Below, piece by piece: positions 1 to 10,085 of a stretch of DNA of 64,000 bases (position 1 is its first letter; every line of letters begins with the position of its first letter). Both the position numbers and the translations under genes were made by a program. The stretch comes from Mobula hypostoma (taxonomy: Eukaryota), in contig NC_086107.1 of assembly GCF_963921235.1 (NCBI RefSeq), forward strand, positions 103,976,001 to 104,040,000, in the 5' to 3' direction. The notes under the pieces are model-generated. The model was given only the letters and a program-made list of their open reading frames with translations, was not told where the DNA came from and ran no database searches.

Positions 1-204
1 CCCCCTATTAACTGTGACACACCTTCCAGGTGATTTCTCCAGTGCTGCCCGCCGTGGGCTGGAGGGTGTAGCTCAGACTGTGGCTGTTATCTTGAACAGC
101 CCTCTCATATTCTAAAGCTGATCCTCAATATGTTGTGTTCGATATGCGGGACAGTGCAGACAGAACACACACCAGGAGGCCTGTATTTATTATTTCACCT
201 CGTA

Positions 205-861
205 ATTCAAGTCAGAATTACCGATGCCAAGATTAAGGAAGGCATTTTTGTTGGTCCACAAATCAACAGGTCATCAATGACAGGCAATTGGAAGAACTTC
301 TAGTAGGATCGGAGAAAATCACATGGAAGGCATCCGAGGATGTTGTTAAAACAATTCTTGGCAACTACAGAGCACCAAACTACGTGCAGCTGGTTGACAA
401 CATGCGTCAAGCATACAAAACCACGAAGTGCAACATGTCACTAAAGATTCATTTTCCGCATTCCCATTTAGACTTCTTCCCTGCAAATCTTGGCGCTGTC
501 AGTGACGAGCAGGGTGAAAGATTTCACCAGGACATTGTGTTCGTGGAGAAACGGCATCAGGGCAACTGGAATCCATCAATCCTGGCTGATTACTGTTTTA
601 CTCTTAAGCAAGAAGCCTCAGACACTGAGTATGAACGAAAATCAACGAAACCCTTTCAGCTTAGTTGAACTTTTGCAAAGCGTCAGCATGGTTATGCAAT
701 TAAATATATTCCATTCAGTAAAAGATAATTTCTTATTTCTCGAAATTCTTACGTGATACAAGTAGTTTGAAATTATATTTGTGTTCATCTTCAAGCAGTC
801 GATCATAAACAGAAACAATTTCTGAGGAAGCAACACTCTCGAAAGAAATTTTTGTCCGGTG
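205..861 (+). mobile_element. Chapaev3/CMC-type DNA transposon, 3' fragment (copy 1)
   Basis: Transposase C-terminus IKEGIFVGPQI...MSLKIHFPHSHLDFFPANLGAVSDEQGERFHQDI; ends CCGGTG followed by TTA. Confidence 0.75.
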
Positions 862-937
862 TTATACAAAGCATTCTGTCTAGATTCATCACGGTCTGGC
901 GCGGCAACTGCTCTGCACATAGCCACAAGAAACTTCA

Positions 938-1116
938 AAGACACACACAAAATGCTGGAGGAACTCAGAAGGCCAGGCAGCAACTATGGAAAAAAAAGTA
1001 CAGTCGACATTTCGGGCCGAAACCCTTTCCACAGATGCTGCCTGGCCTGCTGAGTTCCTCCAGCATTTTGCGTGCGCTGCTCGGATTTCCAACATCTGCA
1101 GATTTTCTCTTGTTTT
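938..1116. mobile_element. Fold-back Penelope-terminus mini-insertion inside a Rex1-like LINE fragment
   Basis: Inverted arms near 941-982 and 1037-1075; TSD AGAAACTTCA at 928-937 and 1117-1126; host reads SILSRFITVWRGNCSAHSHKKLQ. Confidence 0.75.
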
Positions 1117-1329
1117 AGAAACTTCAGAAAGTTGTGAATACATCTCAGCACACCACAGAAGCCAGTCTGCCGTCCATGGAATCTGCCTATACTTCTCGCA
1201 GCCTCGGTAAATAAAGCAATGCAAACGAAATATATGCAAAAGAATAAACACAGTAAAAAAACGTTTTACATTCTTTGTGTCATGTGGTAAATACATTCAA
1301 TGGCGCCAACTTATTTTAAAGCATAGCAC

Positions 1330-1560
1330 TGTTATGTTTTTGTAACTTCAAAGCATTAAATTAACTTGAAAGGAAGACACGAGAGTCCGAAATGTGAACG
1401 AGTTTCCTTCCAGCGAGGCGGGCACGTATCGTGCGGTAGCGCGATGACGTAACAATTCGCGTATTTGTACATACCTGTATACGCCGCAATGAGGATTGAA
1501 ACGAGCAAGAATGTTTAATCAAACAATAAATTTACAATATCACTCAAATATTAAATACAC
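1330..1560. mobile_element. Possible short solo LTR
   Basis: Starts TGTTATG, has a CpG-rich centre and AT-rich ends; no clear TSD. Confidence 0.35.
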
Positions 1561-1569
1561 CGTTGCCAC

Positions 1570-1920
1570 TCATGTGGGCCCCTCAGGGATGATATACCAT
1601 TTCAATGTTTGAGGGGCTTCCCTTCCCCATTCAGGCTCTCCAGGTGTGGTAGCAGAAAGACCCCCGACTGAGGTCCTGCCCCACAGAGCCCTTGTGGTAG
1701 CTGCACTGAGCGGCCTGGATCGTGCCTTCGGCAGCACTCCCCTTGCGGAGATCTCACTGTGATAGAAGACCGACAAGTTTCGGGAAGGCCAAAGGACTTG
1801 CACCAAGTTGATGATCTTCCAGCTGCACCCGACGTTTGCCTCAGCGTGTTCCCCCCGGGAACACCCGTAGATCAGAGAGTCGTTTGCTAAGCAACTGCTG
1901 GGGATGAACAAGGACACTTT
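1570..1920 (-). mobile_element. Tx1-like (L1 group) LINE ORF2 C-terminal remnant
   Basis: DSLIYG...WKIINLV..LWPSRNL...RALWGRT resembles the Tx1 ORF2 end. Confidence 0.6.
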
Positions 1921-2159
1921 CTATTCATAATATCTCACTCTCTTCCCCTCACCCCCCGGCTTTCTCTCCCTGTCTGTCTATCTGTCTCTCCGCAGTTCAG
2001 CAGGTGGCGGTAGTGCACCGTTTCAGTCGGTCTACCAACCGTCGAAGAAGAAGACTTCTGACTTAAGGGGATGGACGGAGGAACAGCGCAGGGAGCAGTC
2101 AAGAGTTACAGCTCCCCCAAGAGCCAGAGGAAAGCACAGAGAACGGTGCCCAAGTTCTG

Positions 2160-3380
2160 CCGGGCGCTGCCTAGGACAGAAGGAGGAAGAGGAATAACAG
2201 ACTTCAAAAAATTTACGCAAGTCAAATAAAACTTCTAAGGATATATTTTCATCAACAGAAACAGGATTCGGCTCTCTAGAGAAGCACATACAATTCTGAT
2301 CAGAAGTACAAGCCACTAAACTTAAATGAGACACAACCCAGAAAAATGAAGAAAGTATCACTATTGAAGAAAAAGTTAACCAATGAAAGAGCATGAGCAT
2401 TGATGGAAGGCAGCCCCATGATCTGAGCAGACTAGATTTGGACAAGGAAGCGTCAAACACCTGGATCAGAGTTGGAGACCACTTCCCAAAAACAGAGGGG
2501 GTTCCTCATGGCAATACAGGACCAGGTGGTTAACCCAAAAAAAAGAACAAAAATACAGAATAAAAGTCCAACAAATTTAAGATGATAAATGCAGAAAATG
2601 CCAAGAGAAACCAGGAATAATCCAACACATTACAGGATCCTGCAGCGGTTTAACTCAACCTGATTTCTTACACAGGCACAATCAAGTGGCAAATCCCATT
2701 CATCGAAATCTTGCTTTAAAATACAAACTCATAACATAAATCATAACTATAAATAAATGCCTGATCCAGTTTTAGAGTCAGAATATCAGAAATTATATTA
2801 CGACTGATCTGTTATTTCAGATAGGACGATCCATAATAACCGTCCAGTAGATCAGGAGAGCTACCTGGACTTGATGTTTCAATCCCTATGGTAAGTTGGC
2901 ACTCTCGATGTTGGCAGTGGGTTTGGAGTGATGACAAGGAGGGAGGGTCGGTACGTCATCGGGATCATCAGGTGGGCACCCTCCTTCTTACAGGATAAAC
3001 AAGCCAGAACAACTTACTTAATAGATATAGCCATTCCAAATACATACACAATTTATAGAAATCATTAAGTGAAAAAAAACTCCAGAAATATGCTGATTTA
3101 AAAGAAGAAATTGAAAGACTTTGGAACATGAACAGGGTATACATTGTCCCAATAGTAATATCGACAACTGGTATCATCCCAAAGACACTACACAATGCTC
3201 ATTAAACAATTAGGGCTACTCAGCAATATATATGGAAATCTTCAGAAAGCCACAATACTAAACACGACTAGCATAATCCAAAAGTTACTAGCAATTGAGA
3301 AATGAGTGTACTTGGCTATTTCTTACTTCAGGCTTTACCAGCTTGAGCTGAGGAAAAATAAATTCCTATAATAATATCAA
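2160..3380 (+). mobile_element. R4/Dong-like non-LTR retrotransposon with restriction-like endonuclease, decayed
   Basis: Frame-shifted motifs AIQDQVV, CRKC...IQHITGSC (CCHC), RHNQVA, HNNRP and IDIAIP...KYADLKEEIERLW. Confidence 0.7.
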
Positions 3381-3859
3381 CTAATTAAATAAATATATAA
3401 GCGCCCAATGCTATTGACTTAAATTGTATTAAATTTTCAAGAATTTAACAATTTTCAAGAATTTAAACACCTGCTTATGCTTCTCTCTTGCTTCTTGTCC
3501 ATACCCCACCAAACTATCCAAAATAACAATATTGCTTCCCAGCATCGACTTACTCTCCCACTCATGTGCCCTACATTCCAGCAACACATGTGAGACTGTT
3601 CCTGCAAGTTGGCACTGTCTGTATTCACCTGAAGTACATTTAGCAAGTCTAAACAATGTGGCATTTAAACCTATATGGCCAAGTCTAAGCCGAGTAATTA
3701 TAACTTCTTCCCTTCTGGGCATTTCTGTCCTCCAAAGTAACCTTTTTTTCTAATTGCATATAAACGTCTCCTCTTCAATTGTGTAACCCATAGTCCTCGT
3801 CAGATTGAGAGAACATGGTTCTTAATTAATCCTTTGCCCCCCCCCCAACTTAGTGGAAT

Positions 3860-4364
3860 CTGTGGTTGTCCATTATGTCCAGTGATAACAAGAAACCTGT
3901 GTGTGAGTTTTTTTAAAGTTACACTGGGCATATCCACTCTCTCTCTAAACCTCAGAATCCAGTGGTATGAACAAGCAAACTGAGATCTTCCTCAGTTACA
4001 GTGGATGACCATGACGTCTTCTGTGCCTTGTCATGCCCTTCGCTCTCCACGGAGTGTCGCAATACCACCTTCCTGGCCGTTGGATCTCATCCACCCAGTC
4101 CACTGGAGCTGATTTTGCATGCTCGGAATGGTATGTCCCTATCTCAATGGGGTACGAGGCCGCCAGCTACCCTCACCTGGTTCAGCCAGCCTGTCGAAGC
4201 AATGTACCGGGGTGTTACTGCTGTTGCATGCAAACAGCAACTCGGAGCCACAGGTGAGAGCTCAGTGTCCAGCGGGGACCAAAGGTGACTCAGCTGCCCT
4301 GGAATGGACACGATAAGCCCCTTCACCAGAGGTGCTACCATTCCCTGGACACCCCAAACACCCT
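3860..4364. mobile_element. Unclassified 505-bp non-coding insertion (SINE-like)
   Basis: 12-bp TSD ACTTAGTGGAAT at 3848-3859 and 4365-4376. Confidence 0.65.
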
Positions 4365-4694
4365 ACTTAGTGGAATATCAGTATCATAAGCACTGACCTT
4401 CATAGATTGTTAGCTAGCCTATCAACTACTTCATTTCCTTCCACCCCTGCATGAGCTGGGATCCACACAAAAAAAACCACTCCTAAATACAGCAGCCACT
4501 ATGATGTTTGTCTAACTTCCTACAAAACGTCTGGATGACGACTGGACACACTCACCATAAGACTACATAATACAGAGAGGAATCAGAACACACAACTACA
4601 CAGGTAGACTATAATCCTCTATCTGCTGCAATGCCAGAAGTATTGCCACAATTTCAATAGTATAAACTGAAAGTTTATTAGATAACCATTTTCT

Positions 4695-5454
4695 TTCTTT
4701 CTTTTTAAATCTTTTTACTAATTTTCCAAAATTATAAACAGAATAACAATATTGATACAGAGAGATTGGAATAATCTTATTGTTGATAAGCATGTACAAA
4801 AAAGATTTCAAATAATACAGGTATAATAGATTTCCAAACTCTTAATATAATTAATCATAGAGAAAAAAGAAAAAAAAGAAAAAAAAATACAAAGAAACCA
4901 CCCCCCCAAAAAAACAAAAAAAAAGAAACTAAATACTAAACCCCAAAAAAAGCAAATGGAACAAGGCTAGACCAATATCTTAAATCAAACACGTTCCGTA
5001 ATGTCGCCAACTCCGCTCCTCTATTCATATATTTTAAGTTAAAAAGAAGGATTCGGAAAGGTCAAAGTACATCATATGAAAATGTTGAATAAATGGTTTC
5101 CAAGTCTCTTCAAATTTAACTGAAGGATCAAAAATGTCACTTCTGATTTTTTTCTAAATTTAAACATGATATAGTTTGGGAAAACCATTGAAATGTGGTA
5201 GGAGGGTTGGTCTCCTTCCAGTTCAATAAAATGGATCTTCTGGCCATTAAAGTAACAAATGCGATCATCCGACAGACTGAAGAGGATAAAAATCTATGTT
5301 CTATCATCAGCAAACCAAAAATTGCCGTAATAGGATGGGGTTGTAGATCAAAATGCAAAACTATTGAGATAATATCAAAAATATCTTTCCAGAATTTTTC
5401 CAAAAGAGGACAGGACCAAAACAAATGAGTTAAGGAAGCCACCTCAGAGTGACT
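4695..5454 (-). mobile_element. L1 LINE 3' end
   Basis: HLFWSCP..FW...ARRSILLNWK ORF2 end; A-rich tail; 13-bp TSD ATAACCATTTTCT at 4682-4694 and 5455-5467. Confidence 0.85.
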
Positions 5455-7232
5455 ATAACCATTTTCTAATTGACAGCTGAAATCCTGGGACATAGACTGC
5501 CGCACTGGCATTGTGAGACACTGGGTCTTTAGAGCCATCAGTAAACACCGGTACCATTCCATAATATTGATTATGCATATATAGGGTCATACTACCTATT
5601 CAGATACACACCAGGCACATTCTGACTGCCTCTCTCAAACAGTCAAATCCATCCTAGGTGAAAGAAATCACCAGGGAGGAATAATGCTTCAAAACTTGCT
5701 ATCTTGATGTTCCCAAGAACCTTTCAACATATTCTTAATTGAATGATTATCCTCATGACCACCAATAATTCTAAGCCATCTGCAATCTTCGCAAGTACAT
5801 TGGCATCACCTGCAGAGCAGTAACGGGAGCAGACCCAAAGCTCCACAACCCAGACAAAAAGCTTGGGCTTGAATAACATCACTGGACAGCTATTTTTTTC
5901 CAAAAGTGTCGCTTCCTCAGAATTTTATTTTGCTTATGATAGACTGCTTGCAGCTAAACATAAATATAATTTCAGGCTGCTTGTATCACATAGGAATTTG
6001 GAGAAACGAAGCATTATTTTTTTTTATTCTAATGTGTTTACTTGCACAATGGTGCTGATGCATTGTAATAGTTTAACTGAGCTGAAAATGTTTTGTTGAT
6101 GATTTTCATTTATACTCAGTGTCTGAGGCTTCTTGCTTAAGAGTAAAACAGTAATCAACCAGCATTGATGGATTCCAGTTGCCCTGATTCTGTTTCTCCA
6201 TGACCGCGATGTCCTGGTGAAACCTTTCCCCATGCCCGTCACTGACAGTGCCAATATCTGCAGGGACAAAGTTGAAATGGGAATGCAGGAAATGAACCTT
6301 TAGTGAAATGTTGCACTTCATGCTTTTGTATGCTTGAAGCATGTTGCCAATCAGCTGCACGTAGTTTGGTACTCTTGCGTTGCCAAGAAAATTTTTAACA
6401 ACATCCTCGAATGCCTTCCATGTGATTTTCTCCGGTCCCACTAGAAGTTCTTCACACTGCCTGTCACTGATGACGTGTCTGATTTGTGGACCAACAAAAA
6501 TGCCTTCCTTAATCTGGGCATCAGTCATTCTGCGAAACACCTGTTTCAAACATTGAAATTTTTGTGCCTGGTGACAGCAAATTCCATCCTTGCGGTCTTA
6601 CTGAACCTAGTAATTCTGCTTTTGCCTTTGACAAACCCAAGTCGCTAACCAGGCATTTAACTCAGACTGAGTTATCAGATGAGGCTCACTGGACATAAAG
6701 TGTTCAAAATCTATACCAGTATCAGTGTCCTTTTCATTCCCGGCTTGCGCATCATGGCATCTTCTTCTGCCTCCTCTAGACTCCATGTCCCTGGTGGCCT
6801 CGGTACTAGGGAAGAACAGGTCTCAGGGCTGAAGGGCGATTGGGTATTCAGTAGATATATTGTTTTTAGTGGAGAAACCAGACGTACTGGTCAGACAGAA
6901 GTCCTACTCTGTCACATGATCCCCCTGCTCTCGCCATATTATCGGCATTGACTTCCGAGTAGCTCCCAGCCAAGCTCAAAGCTCGACAGCGCATGTCGCA
7001 CAGTGAGGACCCCAGGCTTTGTCTTAGTCGCAAATTTCACACCCAAAGAAGAGCGCTTGATACGAGGAACCATGTCCGTCTTTCGTACACACGTCAGAAA
7101 GGATCGCGGCTGTTGTAACATCGGCGAGACAATTTGCTATCGCAAATAATCCTGAAGATACACTCAATATGTTCTGCGCGTAGAGCATGCGCATCAACGT
7201 GATCACAAACCGATATACACGTAAACGCAACG

Positions 7233-7261
<29 letters not shown>
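7233..7261. repeat. (TG)n microsatellite next to the p53 motif array
   Basis: Perfect GT dinucleotide run. Confidence 0.95.
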
Positions 7262-7263
<2 letters not shown>

Positions 7264-7283
7264 ATGCTTTTACAACCTTTCAA

Positions 7284-7333
7284 AAACCTGTCCCGCCATG
7301 CCTAAGCATGCCCAAACATGCCTGGACAAGACA
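7284..7333. promoter_or_regulatory. Candidate p53/p63/p73 response element: five tandem decamers
   Basis: AAACCTGTCC CGCCATGCCT AAGCATGCCC AAACATGCCT GGACAAGACA; decamers 3 and 4 are perfect RRRCWWGYYY with no spacer; about 0.86 kb upstream of the BAX ATG. Confidence 0.7.
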
Positions 7334-7969
7334 GAAATCTTTTCAGCTTACATTATGAGCAACATTTTAATTGATTTGAATTATGAATGTAAATAACAAA
7401 TATAGACGACTCTTTGTGTGTTAGTGAAAATTCATGGTGATTTTCGTGAGCAGCTGCCCACAATCCATTAGATACACCCACACGCATTCAGGAAGCAGTG
7501 CGTCCCCGATTTTAAAAGCCATAATAACTGCCACAAAATAATCATAGGTTCTCTATTAATCCCCCACTCATAACCCACCAAACACCGAAGCACATCAAGG
7601 ACAGTCATACATCTCCCAAGTATTTTGTTGGCATGATGCTGTCAAACTTCACATCCATCCACATACCAGGAACCTAATCACCAACACTTGTTCCGTCGTC
7701 TGTCCAGACCGTCTAAGATCCGTTTACTAAAACGAATAAACCGAGTTTTTTTTTTGCTACTGCAAACTTAAACTCCCCTGTACAGGAAGTGGAAAAATGG
7801 AGTGAGCAGCCTGAACCTTATCATTTACAAAATTAGATTCCTGCCCTTTTTTTCCCATACAGCCCCCATCATCAGCATACAAGGACTTGGAAATGTCAGG
7901 ATCAACTTTAGAAGAAAAAAAAAATATTTATCATAATATTGATCGGGACAGGACAACTCCCTTTTTGGG

Positions 7970-8900
7970 CTAGTCCGGAGTTTGAAGACTAAAGTCAGAA
8001 GTCTTCTTCAGTCAAGCGAAGCGTTCCGTGATTGGACGTTGGGCGGAGGACCGCCCGCCTTATGAATATTAATTAGCGGTGGACAGCCCGATGGGCGGGC
8101 TCACGCATGCGTGTTGCGCCTTAGCAACCCTGGGAGCGCCGGGCTGCAGGGCTGCAGAGCTTCGGGTGGCGGCTGTGTGCGCGATGGCGGAAGTTGGCGC
8201 CGGTGATTGTGGCTGCGGTGATGCCGAGAGTCAGAAACAGAGACCGAGTGGCAGGACCACGCCCGGGCGGGTGGCAATGGGTGAGGAGCAATCCGAGCGG
8301 GCCGGGCTCCCGGGGAGGCCTTTTGCGATTGCCTGGTGTGTTGGGGGAGGCCTCTCCCCTCCGCTCGGAGGGGGAGGCCCATCCCGTTACTGAGGCTGAG
8401 GTGGGTGGTGAAAGAGGCCTGAACCGTTGCTTGGGGCGTGGGCGGAGAGGCCTATTCTAGTCCTTGGATGTGGTGAGCTCGCCGTTTTATCTGAACGCTG
8501 GAAAATTGAAGTTTAAAAAAAATGCTGGGAATCCTCGGCAGGTCAGATTCCATGGATGCAGAGTGAGGTCTATTTCGTTGCCCGGGGTTTTGTAGAGAAG
8601 GGAGAGGTTGGTCTCCTTTGCATCGGAGATGGCGGCTGCTGCAGAAGTTGGCGGGCGGCGGGAGCTCCGCTCCAGGTTAACCTGGTTTGTCACTTTTAGG
8701 GGACCGGAGGGTGGTGGTGCTCGGTAGTGTGTGTTGTAGGCCCTGTCTCCCTTGCTTGGATGTTGGCTGTCAGCTTGCCGCTGGGCTTTGTGCGTTAACT
8801 GCTTGCGGGCAGTTTCCTTGAGTTCGGAAGTGATGTCCGTGGTCCTTCAGCTGCTCGGGAGATATCTTCTTGCCGTATTGGCCGTAAAAGTCCAATTTCC
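7970..8900 (+). promoter_or_regulatory. BAX CpG-island promoter and first exon/intron
   Basis: CpG-dense; inverted CCAAT (ATTGG 8031-8035); GC boxes GGGCGG 8041 and CCGCCC 8051; AT-rich TATTAATTA near 8067; palindrome CACGCATGCGTG 8102-8113 (NRF1-like); YY1-like AGATGGCGGC near 8627. Confidence 0.85.
8184..8280 (+). CDS. BAX: BAX(-like) exon 1 (MAEVGAGDCGCGDAESQKQRPSGRTTPGRVAM, phase 1)
   Basis: Strong Kozak gcgATGG at 8184 inside a CpG island; donor G|GTGAGG at 8281; phase 1 joins exon 2 in frame, as in mammalian BAX exon 1. Sequence is divergent, so the start codon is less certain. Confidence 0.75.
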
Positions 8901-9683
8901 CGGCTCCTTAATCAGGTGGAGGGGCCAAGATCTAGCATTGATGTTGCATTGTGGGTTGCTAAAGGGCAGTCAGGGCTGTTTGCCTTTTCTCCCGAGGCTG
9001 AGGGAACTTTTGACCTGTTATGCTTCGCGAGTTGTGCTTCTCGCTTCCTTTGCTAAAATGACTGGTTTCGTATTGAACGTTCTCTTGGACATCATTGCAC
9101 ATGAAATCTATTTCATTTTGATTGTGTACGCTGTTTGTTCTTTACAGCTGTGTTTACTGGGAGATACAGTGCAGTTTTTGTAAACTTAACTAAACTGTTA
9201 GATTTATAATAATTGCGGTTTAAAATAGTTTATACTCGTCCTGGGCTTGTGTTTGTGTGTGGAACTCCAGCTGTTTTCGACCATAGAACAGTATGGTATA
9301 GTATGGGCCCCTTAGACCATGATCTGCTGACCTTCGAACCGGCCCCAACTTCAACCTAACCCTTCCCCCCTGTATAGCCTTCCATATTTATTTCATCCAT
9401 ATAACAATCCAAGAGTTTCTTAAAATCTCCCTAATGTATCTGCCTCTACCACCACCCTGACAATTTACCATGCTCTGGGTAAAAGAAAAAAAAAGACACC
9501 CCCCCCCCGCCCCATCACCATAAAAGTATGACCTTGCATATTAGCCATTCTTGCCCTGGGCATAAGGCACTGGCTGACCACTCTGTCAGTACTTCTTATC
9601 TTATTCACTTCTATCAAGTAACATCTCGTCCTCCTTTGTTCCAAAGAGAAAAGATCTAGCTTGTTCAACCTTTCCTCATAAGG

Positions 9684-9851
9684 CAGGGGTGGCCAACTTT
9701 TTACATTCCATACGTCAATTTTTTTCACTCCCGAGTTCGGATGCGCCATACAACTCCTGTACCCCCCATTCAATTCTTGCAGAAATATGTTAATACAGAA
9801 CTTGTGCGTGAAAAAATTGACGCATGGAATGTAAAAGATTGGGCACCCCTG
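9684..9851. mobile_element. hAT-type MITE, copy 1
   Basis: TIRs CAGGGGTGGCCAAC...TTGGGCACCCCTG extending about 40 bp; 8-bp TSD TCATAAGG/CCATAAGG. Confidence 0.85.
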
Positions 9852-9891
9852 CCATAAGGCATGCTCTCCAATCCAGGCAGCATCCTGATAA

Positions 9892-10085
9892 GCAACACAC
9901 ATCAAAGTTGCTGGTGAACGCAGCAGGCCAGGCAGCGTCTCTAGGAAGAGGTACCATCGACATTTCGGGCCGAGAACCGTCGGACCGTACCTTTTCCTGG
10001 AGATATTGCCTGGCCTGCTGCGTTCACCAGCAACTTTGATGTGTGTTGCTTGAATTTCCAGCATCTGCAGAATTCCTCGTGTTTA
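9892..10085. mobile_element. Fold-back Penelope-terminus mini-insertion
   Basis: About 63-bp inverted arms at 9892-9954 and 9987-10049; 13-bp TSD AGCATCCTGATAA at 9879-9891 and 10086-10098. Confidence 0.8.

Larger units (their letters stand above)
5880..7500 (-). mobile_element. Chapaev3/CMC-type DNA transposon, internally deleted (copy 2)
   Basis: Termini CACTGG (5880) and CAGTG (7500); 3-bp flanks CAT/CGT; C-terminal transposase ORFs 6024-6549; decayed N-terminal motif FFGCEICD*DKAWGPH near 7000-7050. Confidence 0.75.
3420..7790 (-). mobile_element. I/Nimb-clade LINE with RNase H, decayed, hosting three nested insertions
   Basis: TRLRLGH and C-terminal Cys/His motif (3429-3722); RNase H motifs WIPAHAGVEGNE (near 4430-4470), EIVAILLAL and DGSK (near 5535); RT-region VLRCLVGYEWG near 7560-7600. 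Confidence 0.7.
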
